Part shown: piece by piece, positions 50,857 through 61,623 of the stretch
Numbering within the stretch: position 1 is the stretch's first letter
Layout of the letters: the number at the start of each line of letters is the position of its first letter
DNA from: a virus
Lineage: Duplodnaviria > Caudoviricetes
Strand: one strand, 5' to 3'
IMG/VR virus record: IMGVR_UViG_3300013947_000022
Span: 64,001-128,000 of that record
Length of the DNA: 64,000 nucleotides
Program-made: the position numbers and the translations under genes
The notes under the pieces: generated by a model
What the model was told of the DNA's origin: nothing
Database searches by the model: none
Seen by the model: only the letters and a program-made list of their open reading frames with translations

Positions 50857-51831
50857 ATGAATTTAACAAAAGTAAACGGTGTTAATATTATTTCAGGGTC
50901 AATAGAGGAATTTGCTATCAAAATGGTAAATTGCGCGAAGAAGAGCGTAAAAAATCATTCTACTTATGTAAACGCAAATTTTTTTGCTGGTTTTAAAGAA
51001 AACGGAGAGTATTTTACTCTTCCAGTAAATCACCTTATCTGTGATGTCGAAGCCACTTCTGTTCCGCTTGCAAAATACAATGAATTGCGAGGAAAGTTTG
51101 TGGGTGAAAAATATTTTTACAATTCCTATGTAGCTCAAGGGGGTGTACCCCAATTTTGTGGTCATGCTCTCACTACTTTCTATATTGAAAATGGTAAGTC
51201 ACATATAGAAGACTTAACTGAGCTTCGAGATACAATGACATATGCCATTGCAGGTATTCCTCTAATTAAGAATAGTAAGGATGTTATGTGGAAAGACTAT
51301 GTTAAGCCGCAAGGTTGGAGTGGTAGCGAACTTTATGCAACCTATCATACTCTTCTTGGGCTCAAGCCAAATGATAATAACATCTATATCATGAATTGGA
51401 AGTCTACTCGCAGCAATATGATTTCCCCTTATGCGGAAGCTTATTATAAGTTTAAGCCTATGGGCTTTGAAAATCTTATTAAGCTTGATGGTGGCGGTTC
51501 AGAGATTATGAAGTATGAGGGTAAGACAGTTCATGCTCTATCTGAGAATCGCATTATCAACGCAATTATCACTTTTGACCGCAAGGGACAGCAAAACGAA
51601 TACGAGGTAAACACTCACAAGTTCCCCACTCGTGTACTTGTTCGTATGTGCAAGGGTGATGATGTAAAGTGGATGCAACAGCAACTTTGCAAAGCTGGTT
51701 TCACTTGTGATATTGATGGTAGCTTTGGTTCAGCAACTTACAATACTCTAAAGGCTTATCAGAAGTCTCGTGGACTTGAAGTTGATGGCAAGTGTGGACC
51801 CGCAACTCGACAGAAACTTTCTCAGGAGTAA
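50857..51831 (+). CDS. Putative endolysin: phosphodiester-glycosidase-like domain plus peptidoglycan-binding domain
   Basis: NANFF, LDGGGS; C-terminal G.DVKWMQ..L...DG.FG..T...YQ...GL.VDG.CGP.T. Confidence 0.7.
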   Translation: MNLTKVNGVNIISGSIEEFAIKMVNCAKKSVKNHSTYVNANFFAGFKENGEYFTLPVNHLICDVEATSVPLAKYNELRGKFVGEKYFYNSYVAQGGVPQFCGHALTTFYIENGKSHIEDLTELRDTMTYAIAGIPLIKNSKDVMWKDYVKPQGWSGSELYATYHTLLGLKPNDNNIYIMNWKSTRSNMISPYAEAYYKFKPMGFENLIKLDGGGSEIMKYEGKTVHALSENRIINAIITFDRKGQQNEYEVNTHKFPTRVLVRMCKGDDVKWMQQQLCKAGFTCDIDGSFGSATYNTLKAYQKSRGLEVDGKCGPATRQKLSQE

Positions 51832-51834
51832 ATT

Positions 51835-52071
51835 ATGGCAGAGAAAACTTTTACCGTTTCTTGTACAATGGAAGATAGATGGATTAATCATTTTCTATCT
51901 CTTTTAAGTTACATGGAATTTTGTGGTAAAATTGGTCATTCTTCTTTAGTTGGTTTTTATTCAGATGGAGACGGCGATTTCCGTCCAGAATTTAAAACGA
52001 ATATACAATGGGAAAAGCAATACAGCCACACCACAGAAAAAGCACCAGAATTATATTTTGACGCTGGTTAA
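51835..52071 (+). CDS. hypothetical phage protein
   Basis: SD GGAG; GHSS.VGFY.DGDGDFRP. Confidence 0.6.
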   Translation: MAEKTFTVSCTMEDRWINHFLSLLSYMEFCGKIGHSSLVGFYSDGDGDFRPEFKTNIQWEKQYSHTTEKAPELYFDAG

Positions 52072-52183
52072 AAATAAATTTAGGGTTTGTCAGGATTTTT
52101 TAAAAAGGTCTTGACAAACCTTTTTTTATCTGTTACAATAGGCGTATAAAAAATAAACGACCCTCTGGGAAAGGATAATTAAG

Positions 52184-52564
52184 ATGGTTTATGAATATTC
52201 AACTGTAGTTGATTTTCCGCTTACTGAAAATTCTAATGGGTGGTATGTCACAGAAGATGCTCTAAAAAAGATGGTGCATTATTACAATACGCATTATGGT
52301 TGTAAAGCTCCTGTTATCATTGAAAGAGAAACAAAGCAAAATAATATTGTAGGAACAGTTAATTCCAATGAAAAGCTAACTATTAAACATCACAGCAAAA
52401 ACAAATGCAGTATTAAGCTTCCTGTTCTTTTGCGTACTGATTTCAATCCCAACCAGTTTTATCAGGCTGTAGACCTTTGTAATGTAAAAACCAATCCCAA
52501 TAATCCTAATGAACTTATTTCTTTTAGGATTAAAAATGTAGTTGCTATTTCCAAGGAGGAATAA
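52184..52564 (+). CDS. hypothetical protein
   Basis: Follows a promoter; SD AAGGA. Confidence 0.5.
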   Translation: MVYEYSTVVDFPLTENSNGWYVTEDALKKMVHYYNTHYGCKAPVIIERETKQNNIVGTVNSNEKLTIKHHSKNKCSIKLPVLLRTDFNPNQFYQAVDLCNVKTNPNNPNELISFRIKNVVAISKEE

Positions 52565-52566
52565 AA

Positions 52567-52941
52567 ATGAGTTATGATATTAGTTTTCGTGTAAAAGTTG
52601 AAGGCTTAGATAATGTATATGTTGAGCCTTATGGAGAAAATACTGATGCCAATATTACTTGGAACCTTCGAGAAATGATTATTAAGTCTACAGGACTTGA
52701 AAATTGGTGTGCTGAGGGGTGTCTTGGACTTTGTAAAGATATTATCCCAAATATTGCTAACGGTTTAGCCGAACTTGAGAAGTATCCTGAGAAATACAAG
52801 CAGTATGAGTCTCCAAATGGTTGGGGAACTGTCAAGGGATGTAAACATTTCTTTGGTTGGATTATAAGTGACTGGACTACTTATTGTGAAGACTATTCAA
52901 CAGAAAGTCTTGCAGATGTAACGTATTTTTATATTTGTTAA
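52567..52941 (+). CDS. hypothetical phage protein
   Basis: MSYDI...NITWNL..M...P.KY...PNGWG. Confidence 0.65.
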   Translation: MSYDISFRVKVEGLDNVYVEPYGENTDANITWNLREMIIKSTGLENWCAEGCLGLCKDIIPNIANGLAELEKYPEKYKQYESPNGWGTVKGCKHFFGWIISDWTTYCEDYSTESLADVTYFYIC

Positions 52942-52953
52942 AGGAGAAATAAA

Positions 52954-53256
52954 ATGAAATATAATTTCTTTGAAGAAAAAATTAATAATGCTTATGAATG
53001 GTTTGCTTTTTGGGGTATTTGGACTTTAATTACTTTAATCAAATCCATCTTCGCACCCCATAATGTAATTATTAATGGATATTGTTTTCACAATCTTCTA
53101 TGGTATGTCGCAAGCATTATTTATTTCATTGTTGCTTGCCATTATCATTGGCATTATTTTGAAGCTTATTATCATCTACATGATATTAATGACATGAACA
53201 ATTATACAGCTTCTTTGAGCCGTTGGATTGCGGAGAGAAATCGTGACCTTTCCTAA
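52954..53256 (+). CDS. hypothetical membrane protein
   Basis: SD AAGGAG; two hydrophobic segments. Confidence 0.5.
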   Translation: MKYNFFEEKINNAYEWFAFWGIWTLITLIKSIFAPHNVIINGYCFHNLLWYVASIIYFIVACHYHWHYFEAYYHLHDINDMNNYTASLSRWIAERNRDLS

Positions 53257-53626
53257 GAAAATTCGAGAACAAGTTTATAATAAATATGATGGCCATTGTG
53301 CATATTGTGGTCGTAAAATTGAATATAAAGATATGCAGATTGACCATTTCATTCCTCAGAGACGGTGGAACACAGAACGGAGCAATGATATTAACAATCT
53401 AATGCCAAGTTGTAGGTCTTGTAATCATTATAAGCGTGCTCATTCTCTTGAAACATTCCGCAGATATATTTTTGAAATTCCAAAAAAGCTCAAAGAAAAT
53501 TATATTTATAAAATTGGATTAATTTATGGGAATGTTATTGAAAACGAGCACCCAATCAAATTTTATTATGAGGAATGCGAGAAGAAGAAACATCATGACT
53601 TTAGCCGAGTTAAAAAAGATTGTTGA
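53228..53626 (+). CDS. HNH endonuclease
   Basis: GHCAYCG, IDHFIP, E[CGG]SNDINNLMPSCRSCNHYK. Confidence 0.85.
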   Translation: MRREIVTFPKKIREQVYNKYDGHCAYCGRKIEYKDMQIDHFIPQRRWNTERSNDINNLMPSCRSCNHYKRAHSLETFRRYIFEIPKKLKENYIYKIGLIYGNVIENEHPIKFYYEECEKKKHHDFSRVKKDC

Positions 53627-53960
53627 TAGTTACTGTGAAAATAAATATACAAATCCAGAAGAAGTTAATTTAATTATTACTCTTGATGAAATGTCAATAG
53701 GCCCTCGTGCTGGAACAGGTGTGGAAAATGCTTTTATGGGGTTCGATTGGGAACATAATCAATTCCGCATTCAACCCAAAGATAAACTTGTCCGATATAA
53801 TAAGTAGAGAGATATTCCAAAAAGAATTATTTATTATAAAGCTCAAGGTACTTATTGTTGTACTACTTGTCAACATCCTATGAAGAAAACAGAAGCCAAA
53901 AATAATAATTATTGCCCTTATTGTGGGCAGAAACTTTCGGGTGAAATTTTGCTCATTTGA
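53595..53960 (+). CDS. hypothetical protein with C-terminal zinc ribbon; reads through TAG 53805-53807
   Basis: After the TAG the frame continues IPK...CTTC...YCPYCGQKL to a TGA just before the next SD. Confidence 0.65.
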
Positions 53961-53976
53961 CAAAAGGAGTATAAAC

Positions 53977-54387
53977 ATGAAAATTAATCGCTATAAGCTC
54001 ACTCCCGATTTTATTAATTTAACTCAGGAAAAACAGATTGAGTTTCTTCTTACAAATGATTTCAAAGAGGGATTTTGGGGTGCTCAAGAAGATGGTAGAG
54101 AGCATCTTTGGTACAGCTCTCAAAACTTCGTTATACATGGTTCTATTGATTGTAATGTAACTGTTGACCTTTTACATCTTGATGAGTGGAACGATTATGA
54201 CTACATTGCCATTGACGATGATGATTTTGGTCAGTATTATCAACCGTTTTATGACTGTATGATTGGCAAAAAGCAAATTGGAAAATGGGAATTTATGTCA
54301 AAATGCGCTCAAAAATACAACGAAAAAATGGCAAAATTTTGTGATATTCAACTTCTTATGCTGGGAGAATATCCACAAGGAGAGTAA
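53977..54387 (+). CDS. hypothetical protein
   Basis: SD AAGGAG. Confidence 0.55.
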   Translation: MKINRYKLTPDFINLTQEKQIEFLLTNDFKEGFWGAQEDGREHLWYSSQNFVIHGSIDCNVTVDLLHLDEWNDYDYIAIDDDDFGQYYQPFYDCMIGKKQIGKWEFMSKCAQKYNEKMAKFCDIQLLMLGEYPQGE

Positions 54388-54560
54388 AATGAACAATACT
54401 TTTGAATATGTGTTAAATACTATTGACTCTAATGATTTTCGTAATGCGTATTATGATGCGAATGAAGAGGAAAAGAAACTGTTTTTTGAGCTACTTATTA
54501 AAAAGTTATATGACGCAGTTTACTAAATACTAACATTTCATTTGTTAGTATGAAATAAAA

Positions 54561-54959
54561 ATGTTACTAAAGGAGATAAAGATGGAAACTTTGTATGATT
54601 CTATTTGCAATCTAACAAAAATCGGTTTTATTGGATTTTGTAATGAATTTGAATCTTCTGAATATTATCAACCAATTATGGAACTGATAAGAGAAGCAGC
54701 AAACAAAGGCAAAGATGAAGTTAGTATCTGTATTTTAACTAAAGATTACGAAAAATTTTATCCTGAAAATTGCCCCGAAAAGTATGTAATCGCAAAAGAT
54801 AGATTGCATTTAGATTGTCTTTTTGAAGATGCCCAACTGTATTTTTATGGCAATGGATTCAAAGCATGGGTATCGAACAAGAGCAGTACAAAGGGGACTC
54901 TTTGTATTAAATGGATTAATCTAATTCGAAAAAATTGCATTGACGGAGACGAAAACTAA
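54561..54959 (+). CDS. hypothetical protein
   Basis: SD AAGGAG before the second Met; TAATG coupling. Confidence 0.5.
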   Translation: MLLKEIKMETLYDSICNLTKIGFIGFCNEFESSEYYQPIMELIREAANKGKDEVSICILTKDYEKFYPENCPEKYVIAKDRLHLDCLFEDAQLYFYGNGFKAWVSNKSSTKGTLCIKWINLIRKNCIDGDEN

Positions 54960-55366
54960 TGCCGTCTGAAAAAACTATTCAATCTTATTTTGCTAAAGCC
55001 AAAAAAGCGTCCAAACAGGCGACTTATCCGAAGCAGAAAATTGGTTCTGTGATGGTTTATTCTGGGAAAGTTATAGCCATCGGATATAATACTTTTAAGA
55101 CCAATCCTCTACAAAAGTATTACAATAAATATCGTTTCGCTTCTGACTCTCGTAACAATGGTTTGGTTCATGCTGAAACGATGTTGCTTTTGAAAACCAG
55201 ATTCCTTGATTTAGATTGGAGTAGGGTTTCTATTTATACTTACAGGGAATATAAAGACGGAACTTTAGCTTTGGCAAGACCTTGTATTGCGTGTCAGACA
55301 GCATTGGAAGAAAGAGGTATTACAAATATTTATTACACTACTCCGAAAGGATGGAAAAAACTATGA
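54959..55366 (+). CDS. Zn-dependent nucleotide/nucleic-acid deaminase
   Basis: IG.V......IAIGYN, HAE, RPCIAC. Confidence 0.85.
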   Translation: MPSEKTIQSYFAKAKKASKQATYPKQKIGSVMVYSGKVIAIGYNTFKTNPLQKYYNKYRFASDSRNNGLVHAETMLLLKTRFLDLDWSRVSIYTYREYKDGTLALARPCIACQTALEERGITNIYYTTPKGWKKL

Positions 55367-55788
55367 CACTTGAGGTAATTAAAATTGCGATTTTATCTGT
55401 CCTGTTTTGGCAGTTAATCAGTTGTATTGCCGTTTTGATAAACGAAGATAAGGGAATCTATTTCGCAATTTGTATTCCTGCGCTTCTTCTTGAGTGCTTT
55501 GGTTGGGTATATCGTAAGATTTCCCTAAAATATGTACAAAAACATTACTGCCGTGTTGGAGTTCGTTCTGAAAAATATACTGGACCTATCCCTATTTTCA
55601 CTTTTTATTGTACTCATAAACAGTATGAAAAGTTTTATCACAAAGGAGAAAACGAGCATTATATTGACTTTCTAAAAGATGGCTCAACATTTAAATCTAC
55701 TCCTTTTAAAAACGAATACTACCGAGGACAGGAAAGTTTTGCTGGTTATAAAGACTTCAAAGAAAAATTTATAAATCCTAATAAGTAA
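55363..55788 (+). CDS. hypothetical membrane protein
   Basis: ATGA overlap; two N-terminal TM segments. Confidence 0.5.
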   Translation: MTLEVIKIAILSVLFWQLISCIAVLINEDKGIYFAICIPALLLECFGWVYRKISLKYVQKHYCRVGVRSEKYTGPIPIFTFYCTHKQYEKFYHKGENEHYIDFLKDGSTFKSTPFKNEYYRGQESFAGYKDFKEKFINPNK

Positions 55789-55994
55789 CACTTGACAACC
55801 TTTTATTAGTATGCTATAATCAAAGCAAACTAATAGGAGGTTGTTTTTATGACAAACGGTGATATTTATTTCAATCCTTTCTTTGGTGACTTATGGATTG
55901 TCGTTAATGACACTCAAATTAGAAAAATTAATGATTCCTATACTGAGGATTTTGATAATGTAATTGGTTTCAAGAAAGTAGGTCATGTTGATTT

Positions 55995-56945
55995 ATGAGA
56001 GTGTTATCGCTTTTTGATGGAATTTGTTGCGGACATTTAGCTCTTGAAAGAGCAGAAATTAAGATTGATTCTTACGATGCTTATGAAATTGAACCTAATG
56101 CAATTAAAGCTACTCAGGCTAATTTCCCTGATGTTGTTCATCATGGAGACGTAACAAAAGAGGATTTTACAAAATATAAAGGTAAGGTTGATATTATTAT
56201 TGGAGGTTTTCCTTGCATGGACGTTTCTATGGCGGGCAAGGGAGCTGGCTTAAAAGGGGCGCGAAGTGGACTATTTTATGAATTTCTTCGTGCTATGGAA
56301 GAATGTCAGCCGAAATATTTTCTTGTTGAAAACGTTGTAATGAAAAAAGAGTGGGAAGACATTATTACTTCTTGTCTTGGTGTAGAGCCCATTGAAATCA
56401 ATTCTTCTCTTGTTTCAGCACAAAATCGTCGCAGACTTTATTGGACTAATATCCCCAATGTAACTCAACCAGAAGACCGTGGAATTAAGCTTGAGTATAT
56501 CCTTGATGATGTTGAATTCAAGAATTATAAAAATCCTGCTGCTATTCGAGGTCGTAGACTAAATAAAGCTACTATTGTCGGTCGTAGACTTGATGAAAAT
56601 GGACATAGACAAGATTACGATAAGTCTATTCCTATTTCTCAATGTCTTGAAGTTCGCGCTTCAAATACGGATAAGTCAAATTGTCTCACTACTGTGGACA
56701 AAGATAATGTTCTTACGCCACTTCCAGTAGGCAGATACCCAGATGCTTTTAAGAACAACCTACCTTTCAGATATTATACAACTAAAGAAATGTGCCGTTT
56801 ACAGACTTTGCCTGACTCTTTTCTTAATATGATTCCTGATAGTGCTGCTCGAAAAGCTCTTGGCAATGGTTGGACAGTTAATGTTATCGCTCATATTTTC
56901 AGTTTTCTGCCTGATGAATACAAGCTTCCAGAGGAATTTGTATGA
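55995..56945 (+). CDS. dcm: C5-cytosine DNA methyltransferase
   Basis: LSLFDGI, GGFPC, ENV, QNRRRLY, RLQT.P, LGNGW. Confidence 0.92.
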   Translation: MRVLSLFDGICCGHLALERAEIKIDSYDAYEIEPNAIKATQANFPDVVHHGDVTKEDFTKYKGKVDIIIGGFPCMDVSMAGKGAGLKGARSGLFYEFLRAMEECQPKYFLVENVVMKKEWEDIITSCLGVEPIEINSSLVSAQNRRRLYWTNIPNVTQPEDRGIKLEYILDDVEFKNYKNPAAIRGRRLNKATIVGRRLDENGHRQDYDKSIPISQCLEVRASNTDKSNCLTTVDKDNVLTPLPVGRYPDAFKNNLPFRYYTTKEMCRLQTLPDSFLNMIPDSAARKALGNGWTVNVIAHIFSFLPDEYKLPEEFV

Positions 56946-57107
56946 AAATTATTGTAGATAGTTTGCCCTCTTATTGCGGAGATTGTGTTTTTTGTTCTGA
57001 TTTTTATTATGATGTGTGCGACATTAGTAAAAGGGATTGCCCATTATCAAGATTGGAAGAATGTCCTTATCTTATGACTATTGATAGTTATCTATCTGAG
57101 GTAAATC

Positions 57108-57458
57108 ATGGAGAATAATGAAATCAAATTATTGTATGCTAAAGATGCAATTTTTAAGCTAATTGGTCAATATTGTCGTTGCTTCAAGGGAGATGATGAC
57201 AAATATTATATGAGTGATTATTATGAAAGTGCATTAGAAAGAAGCTTTGAAGTGCTTGGTTTTGATAAAGATGAAGTCCCTCTAATGGAATTCTGTCAAG
57301 CATGGGAGGATAACAATAGGCAAATTTGGAATGTTAATCTTTCTGATATGGAATATGGGGGATTAAAAGCTAAAGATTATTACGATTTTTTTGTTGAAGA
57401 TTATAGTAAATTTACAGTAGCCTATGACACTTTTATAAAGAAAGCGAAAGGAAAATAA
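57108..57458 (+). CDS. hypothetical protein
   Basis: SD GAGGT. Confidence 0.5.
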   Translation: MENNEIKLLYAKDAIFKLIGQYCRCFKGDDDKYYMSDYYESALERSFEVLGFDKDEVPLMEFCQAWEDNNRQIWNVNLSDMEYGGLKAKDYYDFFVEDYSKFTVAYDTFIKKAKGK

Positions 57459-57521
57459 ATGGTTTAACAGATAATTGGCACAACCAAATAAAAACTAACT
57501 TTTATTTTGAGGTAATTTTAA

Positions 57522-57893
57522 ATGACACATGAACAGTTTAACCGTCTTGTTGACGAACTTGAAAATACTCGCGTAAAGACACTCAAGGAAAAGAATGCTC
57601 GCTATTCTCAGCCCGACGATGCACTTCACAATTTTGATGAAGGTGCTAAGATTATGTCCTGCACCTCCGCTCAGTGCGCTTGGAATTATGCAACAAAGCA
57701 CATTATTGCTCTTCGTGATATGGTTCTAAATAATAATTTTTCCAATCGAGATGATGTGCTTGAAAAGATTCAGGATATTCAGAACTATCTTACTTTTATT
57801 TGGTGCATTTCTGAGGAAGAGCGTGAGAAGCTAACAAGATACGAAGTCTCAGCAAATAGTGAGAATACTTCTGCAAAGACAAAGAAAAAGTAA
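57522..57893 (+). CDS. Small all-alpha protein resembling nucleotide-modification-associated/MazG-like domains
   Basis: K...YS...DALHNF, KH, EKI.D..NYL. Confidence 0.5.
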   Translation: MTHEQFNRLVDELENTRVKTLKEKNARYSQPDDALHNFDEGAKIMSCTSAQCAWNYATKHIIALRDMVLNNNFSNRDDVLEKIQDIQNYLTFIWCISEEEREKLTRYEVSANSENTSAKTKKK

Positions 57894-58001
57894 AAATATT
57901 TTTCAAATACCACTTGACAAACCCTTTGTTGAGTGGTATACTCTTAACATAAAGCGACCGACTCAGCAAAAATTTTAATGCGGTCGAGAATGGAGAATAA
58001 T

Positions 58002-59690
58002 ATGTATAAGAACAATATTTCTAAGACTAACAAGGCTTGGGCTCCTAAGCCTGAGAAGCCTATGCGTCAGAAGTCTGGCAAAGAGAAGTTTTTTGACAAG
58101 ATGGAAAAGACCAACAAGGGCTTCTATGCTCGTGCCGTTGTTCCCAAGTCTCTTCCTGATAATATGACCTACACTACCAATGGAGCTGTGGCATATTCTA
58201 CCACTTCTTCTGCACTTTTGGATATGTTCACTAAGCTGGTAAGCTATCGTTCGCTGGACGAGAAGCAGATTGTCACTGATTGGCGTAAGGCTTTCAATGA
58301 GAATCCTCGTCTTGCTATGCGTTTCCTTGGCTATGCAATGGACGTGAGAAAGGGCGCGGGAGAGCGTCGTTTCACCCAGATTGTCATTCGTGACATGGTG
58401 AAGAACGGTGGTGCAAGCATTGCTGCGAAGCTCGTTCCTCTGATTGGTGAATATTCTCGTTATGATATGCTTTACCAGTTCCGTGGTAACTACACCTCTG
58501 AAAAGGCAGTTCGTGACTTCATCACTAAGCAGTTTGCGGAAGATATGGAAAACATGAAGCAGAACAAGTCTATTTCGCTTCTTAGCAAGTGGCTGGATAA
58601 GGCCAACTCCCATTCTAAGCAGACTCGTAATAATGGTCTGTGGACTGCAAAACAGTTGAATATGACTGAACGTAACTATCGCAAGGCTCTGTCTGCTCTT
58701 CGTAAATACCTTGATGTTGTTGAACGCAAGATGTCTTCGGATAATTGGGCCGCTATCGACTATGAAACTGTTCCCTCTAAGGCAAATCTTAACTATAACA
58801 AGGCATTCCTGCGCCATGACACTGAACGTCGTCAGGCATTCCTTAACGCACTCAAGACTGGCGAAGCTAAGATTAACGCTTCTGTTGCAAATCCTTGTGA
58901 TATTGTCAACAAGTATATGAATCAGAATAGTCGTTGGTACGGTCTTCCCAGTCATACTGATGATACTCTTGAGGGTATGTGGAAGGCTCTGCCTGACATG
59001 ATTCCTAATGATAAGGGTATGTTGGTTGTTTGTGACTGTTCTGGTTCTATGCAGAGTGACATTGGCGGTAACACGAATATGCGTTGCATTGATGTCGCTA
59101 CCTCTCTTGCCATTTACTGTGCTGACCACCTCAAGGGAGCTTTTGCAAACAAGTATATCACCTTTAGCGCTGACCCGCATATTGTGCGCTTCAAGGATGA
59201 TGATACTCTTTGCAATAAGCTTAAGAAGACTTATGAATGTCAGGATTGTTCCAATACCAATCTTGAGAAGGTCTTTAACCTGATTCTTAAGACTGCCATT
59301 GACAATCACTCTCCTCAGTCTGACCTGCCTGAGCGTATTCTCATTGTTTCTGATGGTGAGTTTGACTCTATGTGCGATGCTCAGAATACTGTCAACCATT
59401 ATGGTTGGAGCAATTCTCGCACTCCTGTTGATAAAACGTTTATGCAGAACATTGCACAGCGTTTCAAGAATGCTGGGTATAAGGTACCTACGATTTGTTT
59501 CTGGCGCGTAAATACCAGAAATTCCACTGCTCTGCCTTTCAAGGTTGATGAGCGAGGCATTATGGTGAGTGGCTACAGTGCAAATCTCCTTAAAATGGTT
59601 TTGTCTGATAAGACCAATCCTATGGAAGCTCTTCTGGAACAGCTTAATGTTTCTCGTTACGATTGCTTCGAGGCGGCATATGGCGCATAA
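58002..59690 (+). CDS. DUF2828-type helical plus vWA protein (Ro60/TROVE-like architecture)
   Basis: T.NGA..Y.T, D.RKG.GER, KWL, YRK.L, VPSKA, MIDAS DCSGSM, TNLEKVF, SDGEFD, FW.V, VSGYS. Confidence 0.75.
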   Translation: MYKNNISKTNKAWAPKPEKPMRQKSGKEKFFDKMEKTNKGFYARAVVPKSLPDNMTYTTNGAVAYSTTSSALLDMFTKLVSYRSLDEKQIVTDWRKAFNENPRLAMRFLGYAMDVRKGAGERRFTQIVIRDMVKNGGASIAAKLVPLIGEYSRYDMLYQFRGNYTSEKAVRDFITKQFAEDMENMKQNKSISLLSKWLDKANSHSKQTRNNGLWTAKQLNMTERNYRKALSALRKYLDVVERKMSSDNWAAIDYETVPSKANLNYNKAFLRHDTERRQAFLNALKTGEAKINASVANPCDIVNKYMNQNSRWYGLPSHTDDTLEGMWKALPDMIPNDKGMLVVCDCSGSMQSDIGGNTNMRCIDVATSLAIYCADHLKGAFANKYITFSADPHIVRFKDDDTLCNKLKKTYECQDCSNTNLEKVFNLILKTAIDNHSPQSDLPERILIVSDGEFDSMCDAQNTVNHYGWSNSRTPVDKTFMQNIAQRFKNAGYKVPTICFWRVNTRNSTALPFKVDERGIMVSGYSANLLKMVLSDKTNPMEALLEQLNVSRYDCFEAAYGA

Positions 59691-59694
59691 CTCA

Positions 59695-59722
59695 AAAGGG
59701 TAGGTTTTCCTACCCTTTTGTT
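59695..59722 (+). terminator. Intrinsic terminator
   Basis: AAAAGGGTAGG-TTTT-CCTACCCTTTT hairpin. Confidence 0.65.
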
Positions 59723-59739
59723 CTAAAAGGAGTACACTA

Positions 59740-60216
59740 ATGTTTGATAAAACCTATCTTTTATCTCCTCAAGGTCAGGCCGATTACAAGGCATGGATTA
59801 AAAAACTAACAGATATTGCCGCTAAAGAAGTTGGCGTTTCTGCAACCGTAGATGATGATGGTGAACCTGTCCTTATGCTTATGCGAGGTAAAAATGCTGT
59901 TCCAGAATCTATGCGAGATGAAAACGCCAATCTTTATGTAATTAAAGTTACCATTGAAATTAAAGATATTCTAATGCGAGAACTTGAAGAAGTAGAACTA
60001 ACAATTAGAAATTATAATTTCCCCAAAGAAGCTTTACCCGAAGTCTACGAAGGGGTAGAAGAATCTATTATCTCTTTTTTAAAGACTCGTTTCACAGAGC
60101 GCGAAGAAATTCTTCGTAAGGCAGAACAAGAAAATAAATTTAAAATTTACGATTTCTTTGATTCCGACAAAAAGGAGAAACCCAATGAAGATTCAACAGG
60201 TAGTAAACAATCCTGA
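59740..60216 (+). CDS. hypothetical protein
   Basis: SD AAGGAG. Confidence 0.55.
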   Translation: MFDKTYLLSPQGQADYKAWIKKLTDIAAKEVGVSATVDDDGEPVLMLMRGKNAVPESMRDENANLYVIKVTIEIKDILMRELEEVELTIRNYNFPKEALPEVYEGVEESIISFLKTRFTEREEILRKAEQENKFKIYDFFDSDKKEKPNEDSTGSKQS

Positions 60217-60613
60217 CCTCATTGTAATTGATGGTCGTTGGCGAATTTCTCTCTCCACTGGTGAGATAACTAATTTTGATGGGACCAAAGCATACGACCC
60301 TCCCGAATATGTTTTTAAATTTCGTGATGAAGCATTAGCTGGAAAGTGAGTATATTATGGAATATATTTCAAAAAATGATTTGTTTGAAAAACTTGAGGA
60401 CGCTATTTGTGACGTTTTTAATTATGCTGACGATTATCCTGAATATACAAGAAGTGGTTTTTCAAGAGAACTTGTGAGCGAAATTATCGACTCTCTTCCA
60501 ACCATTACTCTTCCTGACGATTAAAAATATTTTAAAAAACTCTTGACAAATGCCTTTTGGTATGTTACTATTAAAGCATACCAAAAGGTTATTTCTTTTT
60601 AAGGAGTTTATAT

Positions 60614-61039
60614 ATGTTTTCGATTGAAACTGCTATTGTTGATGAGATTGTAAGATATAATAAAGTAGATTGTCCCTTTACTCTTTCAAGTGATACTAAA
60701 GAAGCTCTTAAAGTGACAGTTGATAGAAGTTTTAAAGATGATTATAATCTTCCGATTCTTTGGAGGTTACATAAAACAGCTTTTTCTACAACAGACTTTC
60801 CCGCTTATCAATTTCAAATTTTTAGTTTTAAAAGGTTAAGTTGGGAAAACTGTTGCCGAAGATTAGTTGATATTAGTGAATGGCAAGAATATATGAAGAA
60901 TAATCTCACCCTTGGATTTAATCGTGGAGCAATTCAATATGACACTCTCATTAGTAATGCGAAAGAGTTTCTTAAGAGAGAAGAGGGTTGCGTAATCTAT
61001 GACGCAACAACCACACCAGAATGGAGGACAAAAGAATGA
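60614..61039 (+). CDS. hypothetical protein
   Basis: Promoter and SD AAGGAG. Confidence 0.55.
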   Translation: MFSIETAIVDEIVRYNKVDCPFTLSSDTKEALKVTVDRSFKDDYNLPILWRLHKTAFSTTDFPAYQFQIFSFKRLSWENCCRRLVDISEWQEYMKNNLTLGFNRGAIQYDTLISNAKEFLKREEGCVIYDATTTPEWRTKE

Positions 61040-61620
61040 TTCAAATTCGTGATAATGTGTTTGAGACAAATTCTTCTTCAACACATTCACTTTGTATTTC
61101 CAAAGAAAAATTCGACCCTAAAAACATTCCCGATTATCTTAATATTACTGCCGACGAAGATTTCGGTTGGAGTAGAGATACCTATAGCACAGCAGAAGAA
61201 AAAGCGAATTATATTTTTGAGGTTATGTGCAAATGTGGCCTAATGGCTGAAATTAAAGACTTCAAAAACAAAATTAAAAAGCTTGGAATTAAAGCCAGCT
61301 ATCCACGTCTTATTAAGGACAAATGGGGAGATATTGCTATTAGTGGTGATGTAGACCACGCAGGAGAAGTTATTCCTTTTATTCACGAACTTCTAAAGGA
61401 CGAGGATAAACTTTGTCGTTTTCTTTTTGACTACAAGAGCGTTATTTACACTGGTAGTGACTGCGTAGATGATTCTGATGCGGCTTGTTATGTTGCGGAA
61501 GTGGCAGAAAATAATGGATATACTTGGGGACAAGATGAAAACGGCGAGTGGAATGAAACTCATCATATCCATCCCATGTATGACCCTGACCACTATGAAT
61601 ATTTCTTTAAGGGGAACTAA
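61036..61620 (+). CDS. FETNSSS-motif phage protein, paralog 1
   Basis: MIQIRDNVFETNSSSTHSL. Confidence 0.7.
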   Translation: MIQIRDNVFETNSSSTHSLCISKEKFDPKNIPDYLNITADEDFGWSRDTYSTAEEKANYIFEVMCKCGLMAEIKDFKNKIKKLGIKASYPRLIKDKWGDIAISGDVDHAGEVIPFIHELLKDEDKLCRFLFDYKSVIYTGSDCVDDSDAACYVAEVAENNGYTWGQDENGEWNETHHIHPMYDPDHYEYFFKGN

Positions 61621-61623
61621 AAA

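Noticed and set aside
57975-59399. 474-aa minus-strand ORF
   Set aside because: Antisense shadow of the codon-biased vWA gene; no recognisable motifs
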